Of a DNA stretch of 45,165 nucleotides, positions 1 through 11,895 are shown in pieces. The position numbers were made by a program, and so were the translations under genes. Origin of the DNA: Polyangiaceae bacterium (GTDB lineage Bacteria > Myxococcota_A > Polyangia > Polyangiales > Polyangiaceae); assembly GCA_044222475.1 (NCBI GenBank), contig JBGANF010000057.1, positions 1 to 45,165 of the forward strand, given 5' to 3'. How positions within the stretch are numbered: the first letter of the stretch is position 1; each line of letters starts with the position of its first letter. A model generated the notes under the pieces. It worked only from the letters and a program-made list of their open reading frames with translations. It was not told the DNA's origin and made no database searches.

Positions 1-48
1 GGGCTTCGCCCCCGAGCCCCCCAGGGAGTGACGCAGCGGGCCGGTGAG

Positions 49-157
49 AACCGCAAGGACGTGAAGACGCAAGGACGCAAAGAGAAGCGAGAGGGCCTGC
101 ACCGAGTTCAAGCCCGCCGCTCGTGTTTGATCCTCGGCGCCCTTGCGTCCTTGCGGC
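49..157. repeat. REP-like intergenic inverted repeat, copy 1
   Basis: CCGCAAGGACG/CGCAAGGACGCAA on the left arm is complementary to CCTTGCGTCCTTGCGG on the right; the 20-mer CGCAAGGACGCAAAGAGAAG (68-87) recurs at 31040-31059. Confidence 0.7.
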
Positions 158-227
158 TTCTCTCTCAGTGGATCGAGGAGTCACCGGAGACTCTGGGGTC
201 ACCAGAGATGGTGTACCTTCACCCGCG

Positions 228-497
228 ATGGGCATCATCGGCGAACGCCCCGAGAGCGGGGTCCGGGTGACGTTGACGCGGGACGCCACCGGCGCGTACG
301 TCGGCCAAGCGACCACGAGCGCGGAGCGCTACCCGGTTCGCGTCGCGGTCGGCGAAGGCGACGCCGTCGACGTGACCGTCGAGGGAGGCGACGAAGCCCT
401 CGCCGAGCGCGTTCGCCTCATCGTCCGCACCGCGATCCGCCACGCCCGGGCGGACGGCCGCCCCCTACCCCGCAGCATTCAACGCTGGCGGCCTTGA
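228..497 (+). CDS. hypothetical protein (89 aa)
   Basis: ATG 228 lies 8 nt after TACCTT; typical GC3 codon usage; globular-looking sequence MGIIGERPESGVRV...SIQRWRP; sits directly upstream of bamD. Confidence 0.6.
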   Translation: MGIIGERPESGVRVTLTRDATGAYVGQATTSAERYPVRVAVGEGDAVDVTVEGGDEALAERVRLIVRTAIRHARADGRPLPRSIQRWRP

Positions 498-522
498 AGC
501 CCCTACGGTAGGAAACGTGGCC

Positions 523-1397
523 ATGCGCTCCCCGTTCCTCGCCTTGGCCTGCGTCCTCGCGCTCGGCGCCGGCGCTGCCGCGTGCGAACCGCCGGCGCAG
601 CCCCAGACGGCGCTCAACTACACCGCCGACGCGAAGCGCGCCTACGAAGCGGCCATGGTCGAGTTCAACGCGCACAACTGGATCGACGCGCAAGTGCTCT
701 TTCGCGAGGTGAAGCGCCGCTTCGGCCTCACCAAGTTCGCGCGCCTCGCCGAGCTCCGCATCGCCGACGCCGACTTCGAGCAGGACAAGTTCCCCGAGGC
801 GCTCCGCGGCTACAAAGCCTACATCCACGATCACAAGTCGGACGTCGAAGAGGTCGAGTACGCCCGCGCCCGCGCCGCCGAGACGCAGTACCAGGAGGTC
901 TCGGACGCGCTGCTCCTCCCGGCCCAAGAGGAGCGCGATCAGTCGACCGCGCTCGACTCGTACAAAGAGCTCAACTCGTTCCTGCGCGACTACCCCGGCT
1001 CGAAGCAATCGGCGCGCGTCTGCGGCCTCCTCGAAGACGTGACCGCCCGCCTGGTACGCCACGAGCTCGGCGTCGCGAAGTTCTACCTCCAGCGCGACAA
1101 CTTCGACGCCGCGATCCTCCGTGCCCAGTACGCGATCCGCACCTACGCGACGAACGAAAACTGCGACAAGGTGCCCAACGTCGAGCACCGCCGCCCGGCG
1201 CAGGAGTTCGGTCTCGTCCCCGAGGCGATGCTCCTCCTCGGCGAGACCTACCTCAAGATGAAGCGCGACACCGACGCGCAGTCCACGTTCCAAGCGATGG
1301 TGGGGCGCTATCCGCAGAGCACGCTCGTGGCCCAAGCCCGCGAGTACCTCGACGAGCTCGCGCGCCGCAAGACACCAGGCGCTGCCGGCAAGGGGTC

Positions 1398-1401
<4 letters not shown>
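523..1401 (+). CDS. bamD: outer membrane protein assembly factor BamD (TPR lipoprotein)
   Basis: Lipobox AAAC; TPR helices; ARLAELRIADADF, RDQS...F...YPGS and LVRHELGVAKFYLQR..AAILR match the BamD/ComL pattern. Confidence 0.88.
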
Positions 1402-2840
<1,439 letters not shown>

Positions 2841-3544
2841 GCCGCTCTGCGTCTTGGCGCTGCACGGCTTCGGCGGCAACCCGCGCGAGCTCGAGCCGAT
2901 GCTCGAGCGAGTCCGCGCGGTCGGCTTCGACGTCGTCGCGCCGCTCCTCCCCGGTCACGGGACGGAGCCTCGCGATCTCCAGGAACGACGCTTCGACGAG
3001 TGGGTCGCGTTCGCGCGCGAAGGGTTCGACGATGCGCGACGTCGCTACGACCGCGTGGTGGTCCTCGGCTTCTCGATGGGCAGCCTCGTGGCGATGTCGC
3101 TGGCGGTCGAGCGCGACGTCTCGGGGCTCGTCGTCCTCGGCAACGCGCTCCACCTCTCCCGCCCGCTCCGCGCCGCGTTCGGCGCGTTCGATCTGTTGAA
3201 GCTCCGACCGCCCGACCTCTACGTGCCCAAGCCGCGACCCGCCGACATGGAGGACCAAGCGGCCGCGCGGGCGCTGACCAACTACGATCGACACCCGCTG
3301 CGAGCCGCGCTCGAGGTCCATCGCGCCGCCGCGAAGCTGCGACACCAAGTGCACCGCATCCAGGCCCGCACGCTCATCCTTCACGGCGCGAAGGATCGCG
3401 TCTGCCCGGTGGAGAACGCGACCTGGCTCGCGGCGAAGATCCCCCACCCCACCGTGCGCATCTACCCGCGCAGCGCGCACGTCGTCGCCGCCGACTACGA
3501 TCGCGACGCCGTCTCGGCCGACGTCATCACGTTCCTGCGCGAGA

Positions 3545-3997
3545 TCAGCGCCGGCCGGTAGAGCCGTACCCGCCCGCGCCTCGGGCGGTCGGCTCGAGCG
3601 ACGGCACCAGGATCATCTCGGCGCGAGCGACCGGAGCCACGACGAGCTGCGCGATGCGCTCGAGCGGGGTGATGGTGACCGCCTCGCTTCCGAGGTTGAT
3701 CAAGAGCACCTCGACGGGGCCGCGGTAGTCCGCGTCGATGGTGCCGGGAGAGTTCAGCACCGTCACGCCGGTGCGCGCGGCGAGCCCCGACCGCGGCCGG
3801 ATCTGCCCCTCGAAGCCGGCCGGGATCGCGATGGCGAGGCCGCTCGGGATGCGACGCCGCTCCAGCGGCGCGAGCGTCCACGGCTCGGCGATGGCGGCGT
3901 GGAGGTCGAGGCCCGCGGCGAGCTTGGTCTGGTACTTCGGGAGCGGCACCGCGATGTCGCCCACTTGGCAGGCCGCGATGCAAACGTCGGGGACCAT
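3545..3997 (-). CDS. dut: dUTP diphosphatase
   Basis: [34 protein letters not shown] and [10 protein letters not shown]: all five dUTPase motifs. Confidence 0.97.
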   Translation of the reverse strand: MVPDVCIAACQVGDIAVPLPKYQTKLAAGLDLHAAIAEPWTLAPLERRRIPSGLAIAIPAGFEGQIRPRSGLAARTGVTVLNSPGTIDADYRGPVEVLLINLGSEAVTITPLERIAQLVVAPVARAEMILVPSLEPTARGAGGYGSTGRR

Positions 3998-4125
3998 GGT
4001 GCTCGTTCGTCTACCACATGTGGGACCGATCGCTCGCGCACGCGTCGAAAATGCGCCGCGCCGATAACGATGTTACGGACAAATTCTGGCCCAGCGGCCG
4101 AGCGACGCTGATAGACTCCACCGAG

Positions 4126-5712
4126 GTGACGCAGGAACCGACCAACCCCGTCCGCGTGGTGGGGCGCTATGCGCTCTACAACGAGATCGCCGCCGGCGGC
4201 ATGGCGACGGTCCACTTCGGTCGGCTTCTCGGCCCCGTCGGGTTCTCTCGCACGGTGGCGATCAAGCGTCTCCACCCCCAATTCGCCAAGGATCCCGAGT
4301 TCGTCTCGATGTTCCTCGACGAGGCGCGGGTCGCCGCTCGCATCCGGCACCCGAACGTCGTCCCGACGCTCGACGTCGTCGCCACCCAGGGCGAGCTCTT
4401 CCTCGTCATGGACTACGTCCAGGGCGAGAGCCTCTCGCGCCTCATCCGCACCACGTCGATGGAGCACCAGCGGATCCCGGTCCGCATCGTCGCTGGGGTG
4501 ATGTGCGGCGCGCTGCACGGGCTGCACGCCGCCCACGAAGCCAAGAACGAGCGCGGCGAGCCGCTCGGCATCGTCCATCGAGACATCTCTCCGCAGAACG
4601 TGCTCGTCGGCGCCGACGGTGTGGCGCGCGTCCTCGACTTCGGCGTCGCCAAGGCAGCGGGGCGCATCCAGACCACGCGCGAGGGGCAGCTCAAGGGGAA
4701 GCTCGCGTACATGGCGCCCGAGCAGATCAGCGGCTCCGTCACGCGGCAGACGGACATCTACGCGGCGGCGATCGTGCTCTGGGAAGCGTTGACGGGCCGC
4801 CGCCTCTTCGCTGGCGACAACGAAGGTCAGATCCTGGCCAAGGTGATGGGTGGCATCGTCGATCCGCCGAGCCACGTCGCGCCGGGCCTCACCCCCGAGC
4901 TCGATGCCGTCGTCCTTCGCGGCCTCGCGCGCGATCCAGCGCATCGCTGGACGACGGCTCGCGAGTTCGCGATCGCCCTCGAGCGCTGCGTCGGGATCGC
5001 GTCGGCGACCGAGATCGGCGAGTGGTGCGAGCACCGCGCGCACGCGACGCTCACGACGCGCGCGCAGCGCATCGCCGAGATCGAGAGCTCGTCGGCGAAC
5101 CTCCAGCCCGGCACGCTCGAGGACGCTCTGGCCGCGGTGAATCACCCCGGCCCGGGGACCACCGCGCACGCGCGGATGCCGGCCGGCGCGCCGACGCCCG
5201 CGATGCCGGCCGAACCCCCGGTGTCCCAGGCGTCGCAGCTCTCGAGCATCTCCGTGTCGCGCGAATCCGCGCCCCGGCGCGGTGCGCCTTGGCTGCTCAT
5301 CGGTGGCCTCGGCGCCGCGCTGCTGCTCGCGACCTCGATCGGCATCGCGGCCATCGTGCTCTTCGCCAAGAAAGCGCCCCCGGTCACGGCGACGACCACC
5401 GTGGAGCCGTCTCACCCGAGCGCCACCACGACCGCGGCGGTTCCCCCCGCGTCGGCATCGGCGGCGGACACCGGGGTGTCCCTCGCCACGCTCCCGCCGA
5501 CGACCGCCCCAGATGCCGGGACGAAACCCATCGCGACCGGGTACCATCCTCCGGTGCACGCCACGGCCACCCACGCCACGGCGACGGCGACGGCGACGAC
5601 GACGGCGACCGTGACGGCGCCGCCCACCGTCACCAAGCCAGCCACGAACTGCGACCCGCCGTACACCCTCGACTCCTCGGGCCACAAGAAGTGGAAGCCC
5701 GAGTGCATGTAG
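4126..5712 (+). CDS. membrane Ser/Thr protein kinase
   Basis: IAAGGMATV, VAIK, HRDISPQN, DFG, YMAPE, DIY; then a TM segment, Thr/Ala/Pro linker and C-terminal CDPPYTLDSSGHKKWKPEC. GTG 4126 chosen because it lies 8 nt after TAGACT. Confidence 0.93.
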   Translation: MTQEPTNPVRVVGRYALYNEIAAGGMATVHFGRLLGPVGFSRTVAIKRLHPQFAKDPEFVSMFLDEARVAARIRHPNVVPTLDVVATQGELFLVMDYVQGESLSRLIRTTSMEHQRIPVRIVAGVMCGALHGLHAAHEAKNERGEPLGIVHRDISPQNVLVGADGVARVLDFGVAKAAGRIQTTREGQLKGKLAYMAPEQISGSVTRQTDIYAAAIVLWEALTGRRLFAGDNEGQILAKVMGGIVDPPSHVAPGLTPELDAVVLRGLARDPAHRWTTAREFAIALERCVGIASATEIGEWCEHRAHATLTTRAQRIAEIESSSANLQPGTLEDALAAVNHPGPGTTAHARMPAGAPTPAMPAEPPVSQASQLSSISVSRESAPRRGAPWLLIGGLGAALLLATSIGIAAIVLFAKKAPPVTATTTVEPSHPSATTTAAVPPASASAADTGVSLATLPPTTAPDAGTKPIATGYHPPVHATATHATATATATTTATVTAPPTVTKPATNCDPPYTLDSSGHKKWKPECM

Positions 5713-5717
5713 GAACC

Positions 5718-6614
5718 ATGAAACGAACCCTCCTCCTCGTTCCGGCCCTCCTCGCTCCGATGTTCGTCGCGGCTCCGTCGTACGCGGACGAAAAGCAGGA
5801 GTGCATCGCCGCGTCCGAGAAGGCGCAGACGCTCCGCGACGAGAAGAAGTTCTCGCAGACCCGCGAGCAGCTGATCGTGTGTGGACGCGAGACGTGCCCG
5901 GCGGCGATCCGGAAGGACTGCGCCGACGCCCTCGCCGACCTCGAGAAGAAGATCCCGTCCGTCGTCATCCGCGCGAAGGACAAGACCGGCAACGACATCG
6001 TCGCGGTCAAGGTGACGATCGACGGCGTCGCGAGCCAGACCTCGCTCGACGGCAAGGCGATCTCGCTCGACCCCGGCGTCCACACGTTCCGCTTCGAGAC
6101 CGCCGGCGAAGACCCGATCGAGCAGAAGGTCGTCGTCGCCGAAGGCGAGCAGAGCCGCGCCGTCACCGTGTCCTTCGGGCACCCGGAGGCGGGCGGCGGT
6201 GGCGGCGGCTCGCGCGGCGCGCCGATCGCGGGGATCATCGTCGGAGGCCTCGGTCTGGTCGCCGGCGCGGTCGTCGCGCCGATCTTCTGGTCGATGGGCT
6301 TGAGCCAGAAGAGCACCGACGAAGCTGCCGGCGGCTGCGCCCCGGCCGCGGGCGGTCCAGGCTGCAGCGACAGCGAGATCTCCTCGATCCGAACCAAGCT
6401 CGCCGTCGGCGACGTGTTCCTCGGCGTCGGCATCGTCGGCGTCGCGGTGGGTGCGGTCCTCATCATCACCCACTACGCGGGCAAGAGCTCGAGCTCGTCC
6501 GGCGCGTTGCCGGCCCAGACGCGGACCGCGACGGTCGCGCCGCGGTTCGCGCCCCGCGTCGACGTCGGTCCGACCAAGGGCGGCGGTTTCGCGACGGTCG
6601 GTTTCGATTTCTGA
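5718..6614 (+). CDS. exported Cys-rich/PEGA-like protein of the type that follows myxobacterial kinases
   Basis: Starts 5 nt after the kinase stop; signal peptide, Cys-containing helical N-domain, beta-rich [10 protein letters not shown] domain, two hydrophobic segments, C-terminal Phe. Confidence 0.78.
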   Translation: MKRTLLLVPALLAPMFVAAPSYADEKQECIAASEKAQTLRDEKKFSQTREQLIVCGRETCPAAIRKDCADALADLEKKIPSVVIRAKDKTGNDIVAVKVTIDGVASQTSLDGKAISLDPGVHTFRFETAGEDPIEQKVVVAEGEQSRAVTVSFGHPEAGGGGGGSRGAPIAGIIVGGLGLVAGAVVAPIFWSMGLSQKSTDEAAGGCAPAAGGPGCSDSEISSIRTKLAVGDVFLGVGIVGVAVGAVLIITHYAGKSSSSSGALPAQTRTATVAPRFAPRVDVGPTKGGGFATVGFDF

Positions 6615-6660
6615 CGGTCCAGCGTCGCGAGACGCTCCACTCCGTGGTAGCCAAGGCGCC

Positions 6661-8201
<1,541 letters not shown>

Positions 8202-8211
<10 letters not shown>

Positions 8212-8510
8212 GATCCCTCCTCGTCGGTGCGATCGCCGCCGCGCTCATCGGTTGTGCGGCCAAAGCGCCGAGCACCGTGACGATCTCGCTGCGCCTCAGC
8301 GGTGGCCCCCCCGACGCCCGAGTCACGGTCGACGACCAGATGGTCGGCACCCTGGACGTCGTCGCCGTTCGCGGGGTCGCGATGCCCCCCGGCCAGCACC
8401 GGGTGAGCGTGGAAAGGCAGGGTTATTTCCCTTTCGACGCCCTCGTCGACGCCAAAGAGGGTCAGGGCCCCATCAAGCTCGAGGCGAACTTGGTGCCCGT
8501 TCCGGAGTGA
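8202..8510 (+). CDS. PEGA-domain lipoprotein
   Basis: Lipobox [14 protein letters not shown] and [21 protein letters not shown] pattern; overlaps the guaA stop (start 8202 or 8208). Confidence 0.75.
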
Positions 8511-8557
8511 TGAATCGCTTGACGGGACGCGGATTTCGGAGCAAATGTGCGCCCCTC

Positions 8558-8719
8558 ATGTCGAATCGTGCGATTTGGAGCGTCAAGAAGCGTCACGAGT
8601 GGCTGTCCACGCCGCTCAAGCCGAAGCGTGTGAAGCGGGCGAGCCGCCTCCGCTGCGGTCTGCAGGACGCGATCGATCGCAAGGGCGCCGCGGAAGCGAA
8701 GCCCGCGGCCGAGAAGTGA
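8558..8719 (+). CDS. small basic protein (53 aa)
   Basis: MSNRAIWSVKKRHEWLSTPLKPKRVKRASRLRCGLQDAIDRKGAAEAKPAAEK; strongly GC3-biased codons (AAG, CCG); TTGACG -35-like hexamer at 8519-8524. Confidence 0.65.
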   Translation: MSNRAIWSVKKRHEWLSTPLKPKRVKRASRLRCGLQDAIDRKGAAEAKPAAEK

Positions 8720-8726
8720 TCGGCGC

Positions 8727-9650
8727 CTAAACGCCCGACTGGGTGTCCGCCCAGTCGCTCGCGCAAGCCGCCCACGACATCGTGGCGGTGTTGCGCGCCC
8801 AGCCCAACCGTCCGCTGCGGTCGATGAGGATCGTGCCGCCGCTGCCGCCCGTCCGCTCGCCGATGAGCGCTATCGCCCTGCGCGCCGCGTCCTCGGCCGG
8901 CACGCCTTGGCGCATCCAGTCGATCGCGGTCTTCGCCAAGCAGAGTCGCATCATCGACTCGCCGTGGCCGGTGTTCGAGCAAGCGCCCGCGTCGTCGTCG
9001 GCGTAGTTGCCCGCGCCGAGGATGGGCGAGTCCCCCACCCGCCCGGCGCGCTTCATGAACATGCCGCCGGTGCTCGTGGCTGCCGCGAACGCGCCTTTCG
9101 CATCGCGCACGATCGCGCCGACCGTGCCGCCGGCGAAACCCACCGCGCCGGCCTGCTTCGCCTTGAGGAGCGCGAAGCGCTCGCGCACGGCGTCGGTGAT
9201 CATCGAGTCGCCGGGGGCGCGCGCGAAACCGTGCTCGATCGCGAACCGCGCCGCGCCTTCGGCGGCGTAGAGGACGTGCCGTCCGTCTTCGAGCGCGGCG
9301 CGCGCGATCGAGATCGGGTTCCGGAACGGAGGGAGCGCGCACACCGCTCCGCCGCGAAGCGACGTCCCCTCCATGATCGACGCGTCGAGCTCCATCGAGC
9401 CTTCTTCGGTGAGGCACGCGCCGGTGCCGGCGTTGAAGCGCGGATCGTCTTCGAGGACGACGACCGCCGCCTCGGCCGCCGTCAACGCGGACGCGCCATC
9501 GCGTAGGAGCTTCGCCGCGGCCTCGGCGGCGCGACGGCAACCCTCGGCTTGGCCGGGGCGCGCGGCCTCCGGTACGTCGCCTGCGCCTCCGTGCACGAGC
9601 ACGAGGAATCCGGAACCGCGGGCGCCGAAGCTCACGACCTCGTTCGTCAC
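8727..9650 (-). CDS. isoaspartyl peptidase/L-asparaginase (Ntn hydrolase, Asparaginase_2)
   Basis: VHGGAG, LEDDPRFNAG, ELDASIM, GTVG autocleavage site, TSTGG, GRVGDSP and TGHGE; GTGA overlap with the upstream gene. Confidence 0.93.
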   Translation of the reverse strand: MTNEVVSFGARGSGFLVLVHGGAGDVPEAARPGQAEGCRRAAEAAAKLLRDGASALTAAEAAVVVLEDDPRFNAGTGACLTEEGSMELDASIMEGTSLRGGAVCALPPFRNPISIARAALEDGRHVLYAAEGAARFAIEHGFARAPGDSMITDAVRERFALLKAKQAGAVGFAGGTVGAIVRDAKGAFAAATSTGGMFMKRAGRVGDSPILGAGNYADDDAGACSNTGHGESMMRLCLAKTAIDWMRQGVPAEDAARRAIALIGERTGGSGGTILIDRSGRLGWARNTATMSWAACASDWADTQSGV

Positions 9651-10378
9651 GACCTCTGACGATAGCAAAACGGCGCCGCCGCGAGGAGCAGCGCGGACGG
9701 GATCGCGCAGACGAGCGCCGGCACGATCGACTGCGCGGCGAGCTGGAACAGGACGATGGTCGGGGCGACGGCCGCGGCGACGATGGCGCTCGCGCGGAGG
9801 CGACGGTCGGGGAACGAGCCCGCGACGTGCATCGGGATCGCGATCGCCGCTGCCGCGAGAGCGATCCCGACGGATGCCTTGGCGGCCCAAGGGAGCGCGC
9901 CGCTCGCCGCTCCTTCCGTCTTGCCGATCCGCACGAGCGTGCCGTCGGCGAGCACTTGCACGCCGCGCGAGAGATCGACGAAGCGATCACCATCCCAGGC
10001 GAGCCCCTCGATCTCGACCCGAGGGAAGAACGAGTGAACGTCTGCGCGGCTCGGGACGAGCGCGGCGACGACCATGAGCACCGCCGGTGCCGCCGCCCCG
10101 ATCACGATCGGCACGGCGGCGCGCCACGGCGGGAGCCCCAGGCTCTCGAGCGCGACGAGCTCGCCTCGGCGCTGCGTGGTGCGCAGCGACAGCGCGGCGG
10201 CGAGCGCGCTGCACAAGGGGATCACCGGTAACGCCCGCACGAGGCGCTCGGCCCAGGGGACCGAGCCCTCGTCGGTGGCGGCGCCGAGGAGCAGCGCGAC
10301 GACGAACGCGAGCGCCGTCAGCGCTCCGGTCGAGAGCGCGGTGCGCCGATCCCAGGCGGTGCCCGTCATCCACGTCAT
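9647..10378 (-). CDS. polytopic membrane protein, LptF/LptG-like segment
   Basis: About six hydrophobic segments; RGELVALESLGLPPWR resembles the E-x-x-A-(x3)-G loop of LptF/G permeases, but the protein is shorter. Confidence 0.6.
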   Translation of the reverse strand: MTWMTGTAWDRRTALSTGALTALAFVVALLLGAATDEGSVPWAERLVRALPVIPLCSALAAALSLRTTQRRGELVALESLGLPPWRAAVPIVIGAAAPAVLMVVAALVPSRADVHSFFPRVEIEGLAWDGDRFVDLSRGVQVLADGTLVRIGKTEGAASGALPWAAKASVGIALAAAAIAIPMHVAGSFPDRRLRASAIVAAAVAPTIVLFQLAAQSIVPALVCAIPSALLLAAAPFCYRQRS

Positions 10379-10425
10379 GCGCTGGGAAATTGCCCGAGTC
10401 GGGCCTCATTTGCTAGCGCTCGTGC

Positions 10426-10944
10426 ATGCGCAGGATTCCGCTCCTCTTGGCCGCAGCGGTGGTCGTCGCGTGCACGGGGACCGATCGGTACCGCCCAGGG
10501 ACGTCGCTCGGCACCTTCAAGGTCGACGGCAAGCTCACCGCGAACACGTGCAGCAAGCCTGGCGAGGTGCCCGATCCGTGGACGTTCCAGGTCGACCTCG
10601 GGCGCGACCCCGGAGTCCTCTACTGGATCCAGGGCGGAGCGCCGGTGAACGGTCGGCTCGACGCCAGCGGGCACGCGACGATGAGCGTCGAAGGCATCAC
10701 CGAGGTGCGCAAGGCTCAGGGAAAGCTTGCAGGATGCACGCTTTCTAGAGTCGACGACTTCGACGGGACGATCCCGACGACCGGTGAGGTCACCGACTTC
10801 AAGGGGACGCTGGGGTACCGGTACTCGGTGGTCGACGGCGACTGCCAGGATCTGATCGCGGAGAACGGCGGAGGGTTCCAGAGCCTGCCCTGCGCGATCC
10901 GCTACGACGTCGTCGGGACGCGCACCGTGGCGCCGAAGAAGTAG
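10426..10944 (+). CDS. hypothetical lipoprotein
   Basis: MRR + hydrophobic stretch + VVAC lipobox; beta-rich mature part with four further Cys. Confidence 0.75.
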   Translation: MRRIPLLLAAAVVVACTGTDRYRPGTSLGTFKVDGKLTANTCSKPGEVPDPWTFQVDLGRDPGVLYWIQGGAPVNGRLDASGHATMSVEGITEVRKAQGKLAGCTLSRVDDFDGTIPTTGEVTDFKGTLGYRYSVVDGDCQDLIAENGGGFQSLPCAIRYDVVGTRTVAPKK

Positions 10945-10945
10945 G

Positions 10946-11362
10946 TCACGCCCTCGCGAAGTCTTCTTCGAGGATCCGCGTGAGATCGGCGTGCGCCGAC
11001 CCGACCTCCGCGTCCCGCGCGCTCACCAGGAGCCTGCGGACGTGGCGCACCACCTGCAAGCGCTGCTCGAGCGGTCCGCCCTCGTCGCGATGCCGCGCCA
11101 GGAGGCGGCACGTGAACCGACGGCACGACCCCGGCCGCTCGGCGTAGATCGAGCACGATCGCTCGTCACCTTCGGAGCGAACGAGCGCCGAGCATGGCTG
11201 CTCGAAGCTCGTGCCGCTCGGGACGACCTTCAACCGATGCTTGCGCGCGAGGTCGACCTCGTCGCTCGCGAGGTCCACGCGTCCGAACAGCGACCCGTCG
11301 CAGCAGAGCCCGCAGGACGAGCACAACCTCGCGAGCTCGGCGTCGGTCGATTCTCGTCCCAT
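10946..11362 (-). CDS. YkgJ-family (CxxCxxCC) cysteine cluster protein
   Basis: CSSCGLCC, PCSAL and CSIYAERPGSCRRFTC. Confidence 0.85.
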   Translation of the reverse strand: MGRESTDAELARLCSSCGLCCDGSLFGRVDLASDEVDLARKHRLKVVPSGTSFEQPCSALVRSEGDERSCSIYAERPGSCRRFTCRLLARHRDEGGPLEQRLQVVRHVRRLLVSARDAEVGSAHADLTRILEEDFARA

Positions 11363-11383
11363 GCTGGTACACGGCGAAAGGAG

Positions 11384-11409
11384 TCGCGGAGCGGGACACG
11401 GGATTCGAA
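11384..11409. repeat. att site: duplicated 3' end of tRNA-Gly
   Basis: TCGCGGAGCGGGACACGGGATTCGAA is identical to 13157-13182 (26 bp; 30 bp with one mismatch). Confidence 0.92.
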
Positions 11410-11747
11410 GCAGAGCGGACGCCGCTCCAAGTGTCCAATCTCGCTGCTTCTGAGGGTACAGCGAATCCCAAGATGGGAGATACCCCGATTCAGACCGCCG
11501 AATCAGGGCGGTTTGGCCCAGCGCCGACGATGGACGACGCACTGACGTCCGCGCTGCTCCTCGCCACGGAGTGGTAGATCTCACGCTCGTGTCGCGCGTC
11601 GTGACCGCGCCTGAAGCACGAAGGCGCGAGGCATCGCCGAACGTGGTCACGCTGGCGCCAGGAGCCCGCGTAGCGCGTCCGTCGAAGCCGAGGCGCTGAC
11701 GGGTCGTCTACGGCGTCTGGTTGGTCGGAGCGCCCGCCGATCGCCAG

Positions 11748-11762
11748 CGGCACGGGATTCGC
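11748..11762 (+). promoter_or_regulatory. sigma54-type -24/-12 element upstream of the transposase scar
   Basis: CGGCACGGGATTCGC has GG-N10-GC spacing and the GGCACG core. Confidence 0.35.
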
Positions 11763-11789
11763 GTGAGGGAGGGCTGGCCGCTCGTCCGT

Positions 11790-11849
11790 GCGCGTCGCCG
11801 GCCGTAGAGGCCGGCGCTCTACGGGGTGGTGCGCGACAACCTGGAGGCG
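11790..11849 (+). pseudogene. N-terminal scar of an IS91-like (zinc-binding domain) transposase
   Basis: Frame reads ARRRP*RPALYGVVRDNLEA, recalling the YxRRRPExTxLYxVVRxxLET N-terminus of these transposases; in-frame TAG at 11805. Confidence 0.5.
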
Positions 11850-11895
11850 CGGAAATCTCCTAGGCTCGGCGACCGAAGTCGATGATGATGCTTCC

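Noticed and set aside
1..26. GGGCTTCGCCC hairpin at the window start
   Set aside because: Very short and truncated by the window edge; cannot be assigned.
582..1397. Long N-terminal extensions in the ORF track (also 4503, 6765, 14844, 20541, 28633, 35584, 39668 starts)
   Set aside because: Arg/Pro-rich off-frame readings of upstream genes; true starts coincide with overlaps or SD/-10 signals.
5570..5615. GCGACG tandem run (and the AS run at ~38490-38525)
   Set aside because: Ordinary low-complexity linker coding inside genes.
11384..11409. Second tRNA gene
   Set aside because: Only the T-arm half and acceptor 3' strand are present; no D or anticodon arm. It is an att copy.
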